Shown here: positions 20,601 to 28,839 of the stretch, in pieces | How positions within the stretch are numbered: position 1 is the stretch's first letter | How the letters are laid out: the number at the start of each line of letters is the position of its first letter | Source of the DNA: a virus | Lineage: Duplodnaviria > Caudoviricetes | Direction: 5' to 3' (one strand) | Length of the DNA stretch: 64,000 bases | Virus record (IMG/VR): IMGVR_UViG_3300017777_003723 | Location: 2,752-66,751 of that record | Translations under genes and position numbers: made by a program | The notes under the pieces: model-generated | The model's input: only the letters and a program-made list of their open reading frames with translations | Database searches by the model: none | What the model was told of the DNA's origin: nothing

Positions 20601-23119
20601 AGCTTCTTCGCCCCAGAGGTTGAGCCGTACACCGGCAACGCCACAAAAGGCAGGTCCGTGTTGCTCGGGTCGTGGAAGATGATGAACCGACGGGTGCTCT
20701 TGCTGGCCGCCCCGTCCTCGTTGGTCGCCCCGGCCATCATCGCCTGTGCGACTTCGTGGGTGTTCTGTTTCCAATCCTCGTAAGGCTTGGGCTTTCCGTC
20801 CTCGTCCAACTCACCGACCAGCGCGGCCACCGTGGACAACGCTGGCGTCTTGTCGTAGGTCTTTGACGGAATACTTTTCAGCTCACGCCTGAGCACTTCG
20901 AGTTCGTCTACAACGCGCTTGCGATACGCCGGGTCATCATTGACCGACTTTCTCTCCGCCTCGAACTTTCGCAGCTCAGACTCTTGGGCTGGAGAAAGCT
21001 CCGCCCCCTGGAGCTTGGCCTCCATCGCCCTCTCCACCTTCGGAGCGGCATCACTCAGTCCCAGGAGCCGCTCATATCGGGCAATGCGAGCGTTGATCTC
21101 CTTGGCTGCGTATTGCCCGTCCGGGAAGTCCAGCCCAAGCTTATCGCTGATGAGTGGACCTTGCTCTACCACGGGCGCATCGGTCTCCTCGGCGAGAGAG
21201 GGTGCGCCCTTGGCGATCTGACGAAGGCGTTGACGTTCCTGCTCCTCGTCGCCGGCACGCGCGGCCTTGAGGCGGGCCATCAGGTCGGACGACGGGGAGA
21301 ACTGGTCGGGAGCCTCGTCCTTTGGAGACGCCGCAACCTGTGCGCCACGACGCTCAGCCAGCCCGCCAAGGCGTCCGGCCGCAGAGGTGGTCACTTGACC
21401 ACGTCGCAACCTGACCGCGGCGTCCACGGGTGTCTCGCCTTCAGCCGGCACAGACTCGCTCAAGCCTTGGTCTGACTGTGACGTTACAGCGTTGGCGCGC
21501 GGAGAAGGAGCTTCCTGCGGCTCAGCTTGCGCCTCTGCCCGCACCGGCATTTCAGAACCCGGTTGCTCATTGGAGCCGGTGGTGGTTCCAGGAAGAAGTT
21601 TGGATGCAGCGGCGGCGGCCTTTTCACCCTGCCCTTGTGCCGCCTTCAGCGAGTTCTCCAGGTCGTCCAGCTTGGTGGCGTGCTCCGCGCGGGCACGCAT
21701 CTCCGGGATGTCGGAGGTGATGACTTTCTCGGAGGTGTCCCGGTGGAACACTGTTTCGACCGGGAACGGGAACTTACCGCCTTCGGACTGCTTCGCGTAG
21801 GCCGCACGAATCTCACCCTTGGACAGCGACGAACCGTGCGAGCGCGAGGTTGCCAACGCCAGCGCCACGTTCATCGCGGTGTGCTTCAACAGTTCCTCGG
21901 TCGGGTGCTCTGACGCCGCAATCTCAGGGGCGGCGTGAGCAAGAAGGAATGCGTTCGCGAGAAGCTGACCGCCGCTGAACTCAAGAGCCTTCTGCATGGT
22001 CTCGTCGTCCAGAAAACCGGGGTATCTCTTGCGGATTTCTGCGGTGACAAGTCCGGGGTGCCGCTCGAATGTTTCTAGCACCAACTTCCTGCCTCCAGTG
22101 ATAACGCTCGACACACCTTTCGCTGCGAGCTGCCGGCCGATTGAGTCGATAGCCGGAAGTACCAAAGCCACGAGCCCGGATTCCGCCGTAGCGTTAAGGT
22201 CGCCACCCGTGTCGTGGTATGCCTGCGCGGCCATGGGTGCAGCAAAGGCTGATGCGCCTGCGAGGTAGCTCAGCGCGGACGGAAGACCAGCCGTCAAAGC
22301 AGCGCCTTCGATTGCAGCGCCAGCAGGTGCAGCCAATGCCATCGGCAAAAGCACCTTGCCCACGGACTGGATCTCACTGATTCCCAAGTCTCTTTCCCTA
22401 GGAAGCTCATTGCCCTTCAGTGCCTCCCAAATCGGCACCTTGCCGCCCTCGCTCTCTGTCGGGACATACCCAGTGGGGTCGCCGCCCATCGGGTCAACCG
22501 CACCGGCCATGCCTTTTGCGAACATGCCCGCCAACGCACCCCCCACATTCCCGATGTAGTTGGCCGCCACGCCAGCCCCTTCAGCCACCCCCTCGTACGG
22601 GCTATTGGTCAGCAGCTTATCAACCTTCCGGGCCGCCATGTCGGTGTCCGTCTTTTGCGCGAGGATGGACAACCCGATCGGCAGCTTGCGGTCCGCGAAC
22701 CGGGCCACGTTGCCGCCCTCCATCGGGTAAGAGTTCTCCGGCATGTCCGCCGTCGAGAACTGGTCATCCGGCAGGTAGATCTTCCTGATCTCTGACTCGT
22801 GGTGGGGGACCGTGTAGTTCGGGGTGATGTCCCCGGCGTCGTATTCCCTCGCCTCAGCGGGAGAGATGCCCGGCATCCCGGTCTTCAACGCCTCAGCCAT
22901 CGCCACCTTGAACGGCGTGACCTCGGGCGCGGACTGGTTCCACTTCATCTGGGCCTTCAGCGCCAACCGCTGCGGCATGGCGTCGAAGTCCTGCCGAAAC
23001 TCAGGAACATCGAGGAACTCTGGGTGAGTCTCGCCGATGCGCTGCGTCAGGGCATCGTCGTCCAAAGCGGCGTATTCGCCCCCGAACGACTTGAAATAAT
23101 CGAGGACGTTGTTCGCCAT
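11642..23119 (-). CDS. Giant polyvalent virion/ejection-type protein (3825 aa) with kinase-like and HExxH domains
   Basis: Last of three ejection-like genes; FSL linkers; HELGH at ~18910-18925; kinase motifs at ~17270-17810; Arg/Gly-rich C-terminus. Confidence 0.85.
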   Translation of the reverse strand: MANNVLDYFKSFGGEYAALDDDALTQRIGETHPEFLDVPEFRQDFDAMPQRLALKAQMKWNQSAPEVTPFKVAMAEALKTGMPGISPAEAREYDAGDITPNYTVPHHESEIRKIYLPDDQFSTADMPENSYPMEGGNVARFADRKLPIGLSILAQKTDTDMAARKVDKLLTNSPYEGVAEGAGVAANYIGNVGGALAGMFAKGMAGAVDPMGGDPTGYVPTESEGGKVPIWEALKGNELPRERDLGISEIQSVGKVLLPMALAAPAGAAIEGAALTAGLPSALSYLAGASAFAAPMAAQAYHDTGGDLNATAESGLVALVLPAIDSIGRQLAAKGVSSVITGGRKLVLETFERHPGLVTAEIRKRYPGFLDDETMQKALEFSGGQLLANAFLLAHAAPEIAASEHPTEELLKHTAMNVALALATSRSHGSSLSKGEIRAAYAKQSEGGKFPFPVETVFHRDTSEKVITSDIPEMRARAEHATKLDDLENSLKAAQGQGEKAAAAASKLLPGTTTGSNEQPGSEMPVRAEAQAEPQEAPSPRANAVTSQSDQGLSESVPAEGETPVDAAVRLRRGQVTTSAAGRLGGLAERRGAQVAASPKDEAPDQFSPSSDLMARLKAARAGDEEQERQRLRQIAKGAPSLAEETDAPVVEQGPLISDKLGLDFPDGQYAAKEINARIARYERLLGLSDAAPKVERAMEAKLQGAELSPAQESELRKFEAERKSVNDDPAYRKRVVDELEVLRRELKSIPSKTYDKTPALSTVAALVGELDEDGKPKPYEDWKQNTHEVAQAMMAGATNEDGAASKSTRRFIIFHDPSNTDLPFVALPVYGSTSGAKKLGVSRKAQTMVPGAKASVGLANFLRENPEMEPVYAIRLNKGAEQVLPESKGRLTQEQMEALVTEAEARARQVGKSQETAAASADFEQSGGSVRDEAVRVRDSEAKQSVSKFGDEGDGSEDTGDLASRFFEKNRVTDLMAAWFLENDGDARDWLADNAPVARKLVNDFAKQIYDEHGVVLTARQTGLFARELYRHAEEVASDTEKYENTSRSGGAGKAGVPIIGGVLPASGEGHPRKPAAADAGGARVPGATQASPPAGSGGRGEASSGVSFSLERDNVRGKRMKELELEIAKTRDLIDQLDVPVSSNHLYNDLAVKVSSEDGATPTDDLVDDNALRIHEAISAATTPSSELGKSEYFGAKTYKIETDPLGMVRVTDSGGTAESNFVNFYDHLKIRYPDELAKLVSDLKKFDDSGAAVLAAKLGRLQGEYSDLYLESGGDARFSLGASGQPAFVPSNPVEPLAPGSSITESDVKAIQSLVELVGATGNERIAQNIQPSRATLSELGFPQELKDALETLWGARVIFVNQPEGPVFKAVHTSGNIFLSDHLKGGQIVLTAFGHELGHEIKSIAPELHKKLAKVFVAGLKSGEFQSMMGDVQRSADAAGVSGTDLDDEVVSDLLGEAFGDTSTFKKLAEKDPALFKKLADLVRDFLNRIINYFRQQGPSLRSRAKDYEKLQDQIVEILRDYSKKRTGSTLKERYASREPYTNEQRDPVTGAVAIPRGTQSGAVRGAAGAGKEGPAAAATVSRNREVQRRANEVVQRVLAAESRSSGGDWSKIVAQHGVHYAASEAVKRTLTGELSNIADPELRAAVEGFREFVPLWNAAKAKEFFEHPLSTLINDWDKRITDAETVENSGGTKFKGKPFADELHSLLQTSGAFKHLNDPNAQYDLKDITNWLYDLSKKGSDPVLGSIIAGTILQHPAYKRAFKARGERLGGGTEAEAFLVGDQVYKVVRLSLSLGDLSKKVGFDDPNDSLQFFDGGGVALPITQRASDSSNLPGVTPTQVVAMLSDGKFIVRQPLAGDPMNDLGAMHGRKIDMTPKGREQMFQKWADENGYKRVHVPTPFGGDVFEHMYFTRLPDGTVVALADVNERNVAVGPDGKLSVYDPIIHRVGTNEALKPMVSMFDAGGGTFYKAKLPSPDSLAPRKPATEAASKPANLKRAIGKQSFSFSLDRLDQIGPEAVSDATEIARMGSDKVEALKSGAAALDGMAYNRKQYRQAVSMLNRLWEKAKDEAIIRDIKPEKIAGPTDSKFLATLKALGVAHDPANTQAMQEAVQFERSAATHNRLAGRARTLGSLIEMLTEMGGYDAVITEHEQALVKVRAKLKKLGVHEHGGQSVADRSSEMWFAELAKPDAEAKRRALSIPEVHDNFVGPMAAFNALLEEFPDLAHSDWTTKLGMPENDGLTNRLFIAVNSVLQQFDHAKANLKNRRSVEEAAKRGPLNELLSGARDSSMAGSYAELVLADAGRAMAGEQGLTGDVVSAQHVQWVKENGSAVTRFATRLAEVVDAAPDPAIGTPSANAAHEAGKRILEWLREPVGDAPLLPMQGQSGAFGVSDPTLDTIFKLVASHDTFREAVAALVDDARGDIPMDRLAEIATAASAGKKKEAKALFKTLVKAKLSEQKRMTAQATSQMREAADIKADLDALGLGDNLFDSVAASPAFKQIRNLSENGLFGFLKPMVATEANVKTASESKVTLKAFALNDVLDQPAVSIETDRMESPTFAEKSITSIKEWQESAEHYVDGYDSALRDFTSGISGLTPTDLGYDTPTYRGLKLALLRDVPTLNDDSSTPGDDATTKAPSWVQSALNSVAFIGQIDQVATNLGGIIGAWSRAKVADYRNIRGDILNISGKDRFLGVEMPRLRSAALASHPELGGNMDLYRTRVQNPAGTIGRQFGSTLKVGLLLPSGVKVTTEDMAWYRRQLEYSRAILQRVQYRPDQATRVTTTAGDVLTRKAGSVGDFDFTRIVSQEGEDASTDLAKMADEPAIDTSTDLTASSTNKTVAFWNARAERNDALTWHVLDSQRDDLALKKDAVMRRTERALASDIEAGGYVQKFKSVGELVDALVAKFPAGTGLSPREHIIRELGQELKGYANMARVRKQLSAVEDTSILSQVESLNRESEFNKPAGLLELPSVFYDMGSLTNGDIQGLQMRAVAPAELEMAKGLVQALHELKVRLSVVEPGDRVGDKSALPHGWTVHQLKMVVSALEQLNTNLMKKPSKAYWPVRAMMAPIHLAVRGFLMAPKVGIRNITQGQMAHYQLQSMLNDFGRKGALIRTLQSITGIIGKHVTRVFASIPGLQQPVRWLKKHHPAAYKATLQWAESLYRKWIQNGIDEQRDLGFGNKSNVLEPILKAWRESAEFENHQDATAFSFVPRKVRVGIRRALRVPGGALTGVESKIGLAGGPDPELNAEVLGTFRRAESTLKEAAIKHGDRIAAGGAASKTVVPEDFSTRMVESDRLNHVADFREMLQMAGIPLEHALKDYYQRSAGGTNKDEPFFGGELGDEWARSLKRVMIGYVNAPTGTNRAEAIKTDRTLAAMFTLRGYIMDQTGKFTGLFRTAKGVNKPSAKLYQGFASAMMLALAAFLIGVTTHETTGRIDRHILRVVGKMIPSDKDFWTQQGFAKRAVTEMAMNLTMFGDVVMTILQVQQGGKGFDVASKALPITLAVETIRAFSGFFTMPKEDWDVIVKGLVDRFAGPVGDIRTALGFNPSKQNAGGVIGFKEVNTIANPQNVQKARGDFSWGPTTGMKMKLTEALFTAEKAKQGADPVAYANAMAEARSQHDRLVGYYKNERGMNDVAANAAARRDFSAMNPATRANGGKVMTPAEYQNASAMLSGDRKQAWDTTLAAWQLGASMFPDQSGDDVDTSPARERKVAGTSSGSSGSSGSSGSSRGGSVNLRRGPGRGGVAASQYSNLSFAASSSGQSASAATPAASVRLRRGGGRSSRRLAGARSTSRNRARGARVSVRRGGGRRGRRRGRR
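11913..11948. repeat. 9-bp tandem repeat (GAACTCCCG)x4
   Basis: Encodes SSG repeats in the giant protein's tail. Confidence 0.9.
21477..21488. promoter_or_regulatory. Operator-like site TGTGACGTTACA (intragenic)
   Basis: 1 mismatch; lies in GACTGTGACGTTACAG, identical to the portal copy. Confidence 0.55.
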
Positions 23120-23131
23120 GAGTCAGTTGGG

Positions 23132-24139
23132 TCAGTTGAAGACGCGGCGGAACCCGTCCAGTGAAGGAGCCTCGGGAGGAGGACGGACGGTTGCGGTGCG
23201 GATAGGCCCGCTCGCCGGCATTGAAGCGCTCGGCATCGGACCCGCGGAACGGCCATCGAACATGATCTGGCCACCGGCTGCCCCGCGATAGCCGATCTTC
23301 GCGTAGCTATCCGACATGGCCTTGGTCTGCCCCTCTAGCTCCCTCAACGCCTGCTGGATTTGGAACGTGGCCTGACCGGCACGAAAGGCGTCGTCGTTAT
23401 ACTTGCGAGCCTTTGCCGCAACCTGCGATGCCGCAAGCTTACCTTCAAGATCGTCCGGTTTGATTACCTTAGCCGCGTCCTTCTTTGGAGTGTAAACGCC
23501 ACGTCCGTTGTCCCAGTCCATCACTCCGGCGTTCACGTCTTTGTCAGCCGTTGCGTGCAGTGAGTGAGTGAGACCTTCCCACTGGTTCAGGTCAGACTCC
23601 AGAGTGGACCTGCGAGATTGCAGCGCCTTCAGCTCGTTCGCGAGGTTGCCAGTGATGTCCGTGTCAACACCGTCAGGTATGCCGGCAGCTCGTCGAGCGG
23701 CGGCGGCAATCTGCGTGGCCTGGATGCGAGCATCCGCTGAAACGTCAGCGTTGCGCGCACCCATCCTGGCTTTCTCCAACCCTAAGTCGTAGGCCGAGTC
23801 GATGCCGTACCGCTTCAGTTGGTCCTGCGCGTCGAGCTGGTCACGCTGGAATGCGCGCGTCTCGTTGAACTGGCGAGCAGACTCGGCGTTCCTTTGCGCC
23901 GCTACCTGGGCTTGTATCTGGCCGATGATGAAGTTGCGGTCGGAGTTGTCCGCCGCCTGCTCTGCCCCCTGCACCCCGCCGTAGGAGTCGCCATAGACAT
24001 ACTGGCCGCGGCTACCGCCACCTCCGTCGCCTCCGCCGGGCATCCGGTACGGCGAGTCAACCACGGTGGAGCCGCGAAGGTAGGACGCCGAGTTCGGGTT
24101 CCATCGGACACCGGACAGGTCGTTCGAGTCGTAGGCCAT
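23132..24139 (-). CDS. Putative internal virion/ejection protein (335 aa)
   Basis: Gly/Ala/Gln-rich helical protein directly upstream of the giant gene. Confidence 0.65.
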   Translation of the reverse strand: MAYDSNDLSGVRWNPNSASYLRGSTVVDSPYRMPGGGDGGGGSRGQYVYGDSYGGVQGAEQAADNSDRNFIIGQIQAQVAAQRNAESARQFNETRAFQRDQLDAQDQLKRYGIDSAYDLGLEKARMGARNADVSADARIQATQIAAAARRAAGIPDGVDTDITGNLANELKALQSRRSTLESDLNQWEGLTHSLHATADKDVNAGVMDWDNGRGVYTPKKDAAKVIKPDDLEGKLAASQVAAKARKYNDDAFRAGQATFQIQQALRELEGQTKAMSDSYAKIGYRGAAGGQIMFDGRSAGPMPSASMPASGPIRTATVRPPPEAPSLDGFRRVFN

Positions 24140-24149
24140 AAGCGGTTAC

Positions 24150-25022
24150 TTAGTATCCAGCCGAGAAGGCGTTAGGTAGCGGGTTCCCTCTGGCGTCGGT
24201 GTCTGAGCCGGAATCACCACGGCGCTTTCCGAGGCCATAGAACGTGTTGGAGAGGTTCTGCTGGCTGAGCTGTGCCAAGGCTTGCTGGAGCTGGGTGAGC
24301 TGCCGAGCACGCTCGTCACCCACCATCAGGGTCTGACCGGCCGGAGCCATGGCCAACTTGGCGCGTTGCCCCGTGAGCCCTAGCCGCATCTGGGTGACGT
24401 AGGCGGCGTCGTTGCGCTGCTGCTCCGCGTCATCCATCGCAGCCTTGGCATTGATGTCAGCGCCCTTGTCTAAGGCGAGCCGCTGGATGTAGCTGCCGGT
24501 TCCGAGCGACCGTCCTCCACCTCCCTGAGCCATCTGGTTGACGCTCAGCATCCTGGACGCATCACCGCGAGCGCGGTCCGCCACCCCGGACAGGGCCTGT
24601 GCCCGGTAGTTCCGGATGTTCGACAAGATGCCAGAGAGATCACCATTGAAAACGGAGTCGATGGAACCGATGTCCTCGCCGGTGGTCCGCTTTACGGTGG
24701 GCGCAGCCGCACCTACCGCCGCCGAGTAGTTGTCCAACCCTGTCTGACTACCCGCCTTCAAGGCGTCGAAGCCAGTGAACAGTCCGTTGAGCCGTTCATC
24801 CACCGGTGTCGATTTCACGTTCGACACCGTGCTGAACGGGTTGGTCGGGTCCACGGTTCCGCCAGCCCCGCTCATTGTGTGGACCGCGGGAGGAAGTTTG
24901 TAGGCAGGGGCACCCCATCCGCCGCGGCCGTAGTTTCCAGAGGTCGCGGTCTGGTAGTCCACGGGCGCTCCGTTGTTGGTCTGGTAGCGGGCCAGTTGCG
25001 GATTCCAGGTAAGGTTTGCCAT
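24150..25022 (-). CDS. Putative internal virion/ejection (pilot-like) protein (290 aa)
   Basis: Gly/Ala/Gln-rich composition and position. Confidence 0.65.
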   Translation of the reverse strand: MANLTWNPQLARYQTNNGAPVDYQTATSGNYGRGGWGAPAYKLPPAVHTMSGAGGTVDPTNPFSTVSNVKSTPVDERLNGLFTGFDALKAGSQTGLDNYSAAVGAAAPTVKRTTGEDIGSIDSVFNGDLSGILSNIRNYRAQALSGVADRARGDASRMLSVNQMAQGGGGRSLGTGSYIQRLALDKGADINAKAAMDDAEQQRNDAAYVTQMRLGLTGQRAKLAMAPAGQTLMVGDERARQLTQLQQALAQLSQQNLSNTFYGLGKRRGDSGSDTDARGNPLPNAFSAGY

Positions 25023-25048
25023 GGTGATTGGGTGGGCTTTCGCCCTTG

Positions 25049-25060
25049 TGTAACGCGACA
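25049..25060. promoter_or_regulatory. Degenerate operator-like site TGTAACGCGACA
   Basis: 2 mismatches; intergenic, upstream of the ejection genes. Confidence 0.5.
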
Positions 25061-25064
25061 GAGT

Positions 25065-25319
25065 TCAACAGTGACCGGCCCGCCTGTCAATGGAACGTGG
25101 CTGCTTCTTCTGGTTGTAATGCGGCAACGGGAAGATGCCCGACCCCTTTTTGACCCGGAACTTCTGCATCTCCCATTTGCCGTCGGCCACGAGGTGCTGG
25201 ATCAGCCGTCTCGCGTGGGGGTGGGACAGGTCTTCTTCCTTTGCCCACTGGGCGGAGGTCTTCCATCCGACAGGAACAGTCTCCGGGTTCCGCTCCGAGT
25301 CTCGCTTGAGGATGCCCAT
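25065..25319 (-). CDS. Small winged-helix-like protein (84 aa)
   Basis: GWKTSAQWAKEEDLSHPHARRLIQHLVADGKWE resembles a wHTH. Confidence 0.55.
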   Translation of the reverse strand: MGILKRDSERNPETVPVGWKTSAQWAKEEDLSHPHARRLIQHLVADGKWEMQKFRVKKGSGIFPLPHYNQKKQPRSIDRRAGHC

Positions 25320-25322
25320 AGA

Positions 25323-26426
25323 TTAGTGGCGGAACATGGCGGTCCCCAAGCTGGTCCCATCCTCGATCGAGATGTTGACCATCTGGAACAGGCCGGTCCG
25401 GCTGATGAATCGAACGAGGTAGCCATGGGTCCAGCCCGTCGGGTTGGTGTTCATCCAGAGCGGCTGCAGCTTGCACAAGCAGCCAGGGTTCCATGCCGCG
25501 ATGAGTCCCACCGCGGGGAGTTTGCGGGGGGTGAACGCAGCCCTGTGGGTATCAAAGAACACGACGTTGCCACCCGTTTTACCCAGCGCCATGCGGCCGG
25601 CATCCACCGCGTTCGAGATCTTGTGGACGTAGAACAGTTTATCGAGCCGCACCCACCCTTGGATGTTGCACCCGGTATGGAGGTGTCCTTGCCGGTAGTA
25701 AGTGATGCCTCGCTCTTTCAGGCCAAGCCGATGCTCGGCACAGAACGTTCGGCGCAGCATCTCCACGTCTCGATGGTGCGCCAGCTTCTGGGTGAGCGCG
25801 TATCGCTCCACCCGCCACTCATGGTTGCCCTCCAGATAGTGGATGTCCGCGCGCTTCGCAGACTTCTGGATACGGTTGAGCAGGTCGTTGGTGGCCGCCA
25901 AGTCGTCCTCGTAGCTGTCGGCCGTCTCAGCGACGTAGCCAAGGGCGTGGTGTTCACCCAGGAAGCCCCCACAATCCATGATGTCCCCGCCCAAGAACAC
26001 CCGGTCAGGGTTGAGCCCCTTCAGGTCGGACTCGAACGCTGCAAATGCGGCCGGGTCATGCTTGTTGCCGTGGATGTCCGAGACGATGACCTCCACGAAG
26101 TCGCCCTTGAGCCTCGGTCTAGGCTTGGCCGAAGCCGGCGTGAACTTCACCGCGGCGGCCTTGTTGATTGTGCCCACCGCCTCTGCGAGCCGACGTTTGT
26201 AGGACGCCACCTGGGCGCGCAACGTGGACACCTCCGACAGCAACGCGGCAGCGGTCAGGTTGGCTGGAACAGCCGGAGGAACTCCACTGTCCCGCGGGCC
26301 GTCACCTCTCCGTCGTGGTTGCTCTGGTAGATCACGGCCGGAATCTTTGTCGTCCGGCCGCACCCGACCCGCAGGAACCCCACATTCAAGACTCTCACCA
26401 AGACGTTGCCGTGGTGTTTTTGCCAT
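25323..26426 (-). CDS. Calcineurin-like metallophosphoesterase with N-terminal coiled coil
   Basis: VSDIHG, GGDIMD, EGNHE, and DTHR in place of the usual GHTH. Confidence 0.88.
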   Translation of the reverse strand: MAKTPRQRLGESLECGVPAGRVRPDDKDSGRDLPEQPRRRGDGPRDSGVPPAVPANLTAAALLSEVSTLRAQVASYKRRLAEAVGTINKAAAVKFTPASAKPRPRLKGDFVEVIVSDIHGNKHDPAAFAAFESDLKGLNPDRVFLGGDIMDCGGFLGEHHALGYVAETADSYEDDLAATNDLLNRIQKSAKRADIHYLEGNHEWRVERYALTQKLAHHRDVEMLRRTFCAEHRLGLKERGITYYRQGHLHTGCNIQGWVRLDKLFYVHKISNAVDAGRMALGKTGGNVVFFDTHRAAFTPRKLPAVGLIAAWNPGCLCKLQPLWMNTNPTGWTHGYLVRFISRTGLFQMVNISIEDGTSLGTAMFRH

Positions 26427-26463
26427 AAAGTTCCTGGTTTCACCGGTTCAGCAGCCATCTTTT

Positions 26464-26733
26464 TCACGGGGTTGTAGTGGTGGGTGTGGTTGGCTTCTGG
26501 CTCTCCGCTGACCGTGAATCGTTCGATGTGCGGACCGAGTTGAGCGCGTTGCCGATGCCCATCTGGACCTGCTGTCTCCATTTCTCCATCTCCACGTCAT
26601 GCCACTCCCCGTACTTCACCATCGACGGGAAGTTGGACTTGAACCACTCGACGGATTTGGGCAGAGGCGGCAACGCCAAGACGTTGAGCGAGCCCGGTGA
26701 GGCGGAGATCCGATTGATGGGTTTGCTGTCCAT
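26464..26733 (-). CDS. Hypothetical protein (89 aa)
   Basis: Operon-spaced ORF after the nozzle-like gene. Confidence 0.6.
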   Translation of the reverse strand: MDSKPINRISASPGSLNVLALPPLPKSVEWFKSNFPSMVKYGEWHDVEMEKWRQQVQMGIGNALNSVRTSNDSRSAESQKPTTPTTTTP

Positions 26734-26745
26734 GAGTCAGGTCCG

Positions 26746-28827
26746 TCAGATTTCCGGGCACTTCGACCGTCCACCGACCAAGAAGTAAGCAGCCCCAAAG
26801 CACACCCCTCCACCGGTGCCTTCGACTTTCAGCTCGTAGTAGAGGTGGCGGCCCTGGAACCACATCGGCCAGTTGACCGTCCGGGCCGGGGAAGTCGCGG
26901 TTCCGTCGCCGGTCGCTGGGCACATCAGCTTTCGCGGAGACATCGCCGTCCACTGCACCGCGCACCCTGCGCCTCCCTGGTTTGAGTCAGCGGCGGTGGC
27001 AGAGATGCCGATCCGGAGATGGAGGTTGCTTGGGACCGTCTGCTGTTCGGCGTAGAACTCCACGTCGAGCTGCTTCAGCTCCTTCAGGTCGGCCGGGGAG
27101 CGGAAAGCCATCGGGCCTGACCGGAGGATTGTGATGTAACCGTCCTGACGGTAGGTGGCGCATGGGGTGAACGCCGTACAGATTTCGTGGTAGTAGGCCC
27201 CTCCGTCCTGCTTCAAACAGAAGTCCGCTGCCGAGGCCATGACCAGCTTGGCGTCCACAGAGCACTCCTTGCACTCCGCGTCCAGCCCCGCCGCGTTCAA
27301 CGCCGCGCAGAGAGCGCCGTCCGGGTTGGTGTCCCACACGTCCTCGACCGCCTTGCCATCGACATAGATGAGCTTCGAGGTGTAGGCCGGGGTCGTCGTT
27401 GTGGAGCACCCGGAAGGCGTGACATTTCCACAAGCCACCCCCTCCTTGACCGACGGGGCCAGGAATTCCGCAAGCGCAGCCAGGTCAGCATCGGAGCACC
27501 AGCACTCCTCCTTCACCTTGATGTCGATGTCCGGCCGAAGGTCGGGTGCGTGGCTGGCAAACGCAGTGAACCCGTGGGTGATGAGGTCGGCGTTCTGGTA
27601 CTCCACGTTGAACGCCATCGTCCGGGTGGGCATTGCCCCGGTCTTCTCCACCCACGACACGCGGTACTCCTTGCTGGGCGGATGGTAGCAAGCGACGTGG
27701 CTCTCGCAGGCATTGAGGTCGATGGTGTCGTAGATAGGCAACGAGGCGAGGTGCATCCACGGCACGCGATGCGGCTTCGGGACGAACAGATTGAACGAGT
27801 AGATGCCGTCCCGACCGAGGTAGTAGTGGTCGTCACCCGTGGAAGCCAAGGTGTTCGGAAACGCCAAGCACGCCTCGCCCGTCTCCGGCTGGGTGTATGC
27901 CTGCCGGAAGTTGAACACCGCGTCCCCTCCGATCACGGAGACCTGCCAGATCGACCGGGTGGTGTAGATGAGCAGGTAGTCCTGCAGCTCGCGGAAGCGG
28001 AGGATGCGCTCCCCATAGCCTAAGTCCTGGAATCCAGCGATGGACGAGTTCCCCGGTGTGAACGCCAATGGAGTGTTGAGACCGCTCCAAACCACGCGAT
28101 GCGGCACCCGGTCCCCATCCATGACCACATCCCCGAAGAAAGTGATCCCTTTCCACGAGTAGACCGTGCCGCATCGACTCAGCCCGATCTCCTCCAGCGA
28201 GCCGATTGTCTGCACAGCCTGCATAGCGCACCCGAAGTTCGGCTGGTCGAAGAACCACACCAGAGGCGGGTCGAAGTTGTTCGTGAAGATGACCGCGTCG
28301 TTGGTCTGGGCCGCCTGCCATCGCCGCTCCGAAAGCCCGGTCTCCGCTTCTCCGCCGTAAGCGTCCGCCACCAACTTCCAGTTCTCCTTGCGGAACCTGG
28401 AGCAGTAGATGCGGTTTTGTGTGGCAGCGAGCAGCCGGCGGACCCCGTTCGTGGAGACCGCCTCGAACAACATCGTGATGGGTTGGCGGTCGCCTGACCG
28501 GACCTGGACGCTGGTGGAGCACTGGTTGTCCGGAGGCGGGTACGCCTGCACTTTCGAGCTGTCAGACGCCTTCGGGGTCAGCTCGTTGTAGTAGTTCTGC
28601 CGGCCGATGAGCTGGTCATGGAGGTCGGCGTTCTGGTAGGAGTCCGGCGTCAGCTCGCCCAGCAACCGGCTAAAGCCCTGGCGTCGGCACGGCTTGCCCG
28701 ACCCGGCCACAGAGACGTTCTGCCTCCAGCGCCAGTCACCCCATCGAACCTCGGAAGGTAGCGACCGGGTGTCGAGCCTCCCAGTGAACGGAGCCCACGG
28801 GATTGTTTTGACGCATTCTCCAGCCAT
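26746..28827 (-). CDS. Probable tail nozzle/tubular protein B (P22 gp10/T7 gp12-like position)
   Basis: 693 aa, beta-propeller-like, with RVVWSGLNTP and GIYSFN segments; synteny. Confidence 0.7.
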   Translation of the reverse strand: MAGECVKTIPWAPFTGRLDTRSLPSEVRWGDWRWRQNVSVAGSGKPCRRQGFSRLLGELTPDSYQNADLHDQLIGRQNYYNELTPKASDSSKVQAYPPPDNQCSTSVQVRSGDRQPITMLFEAVSTNGVRRLLAATQNRIYCSRFRKENWKLVADAYGGEAETGLSERRWQAAQTNDAVIFTNNFDPPLVWFFDQPNFGCAMQAVQTIGSLEEIGLSRCGTVYSWKGITFFGDVVMDGDRVPHRVVWSGLNTPLAFTPGNSSIAGFQDLGYGERILRFRELQDYLLIYTTRSIWQVSVIGGDAVFNFRQAYTQPETGEACLAFPNTLASTGDDHYYLGRDGIYSFNLFVPKPHRVPWMHLASLPIYDTIDLNACESHVACYHPPSKEYRVSWVEKTGAMPTRTMAFNVEYQNADLITHGFTAFASHAPDLRPDIDIKVKEECWCSDADLAALAEFLAPSVKEGVACGNVTPSGCSTTTTPAYTSKLIYVDGKAVEDVWDTNPDGALCAALNAAGLDAECKECSVDAKLVMASAADFCLKQDGGAYYHEICTAFTPCATYRQDGYITILRSGPMAFRSPADLKELKQLDVEFYAEQQTVPSNLHLRIGISATAADSNQGGAGCAVQWTAMSPRKLMCPATGDGTATSPARTVNWPMWFQGRHLYYELKVEGTGGGVCFGAAYFLVGGRSKCPEI

Positions 28828-28839
28828 GAGTGGGTTGGG

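Noticed and set aside
11642-23119. Giant protein as an N4- or crAss-type virion RNA polymerase
   Set aside because: The size fits, but I found no DxDxD or T7-like polymerase motif set (GDFDF is not one). The recognisable parts are kinase-like and HExxH domains. An HMM search would be needed to exclude a divergent polymerase.
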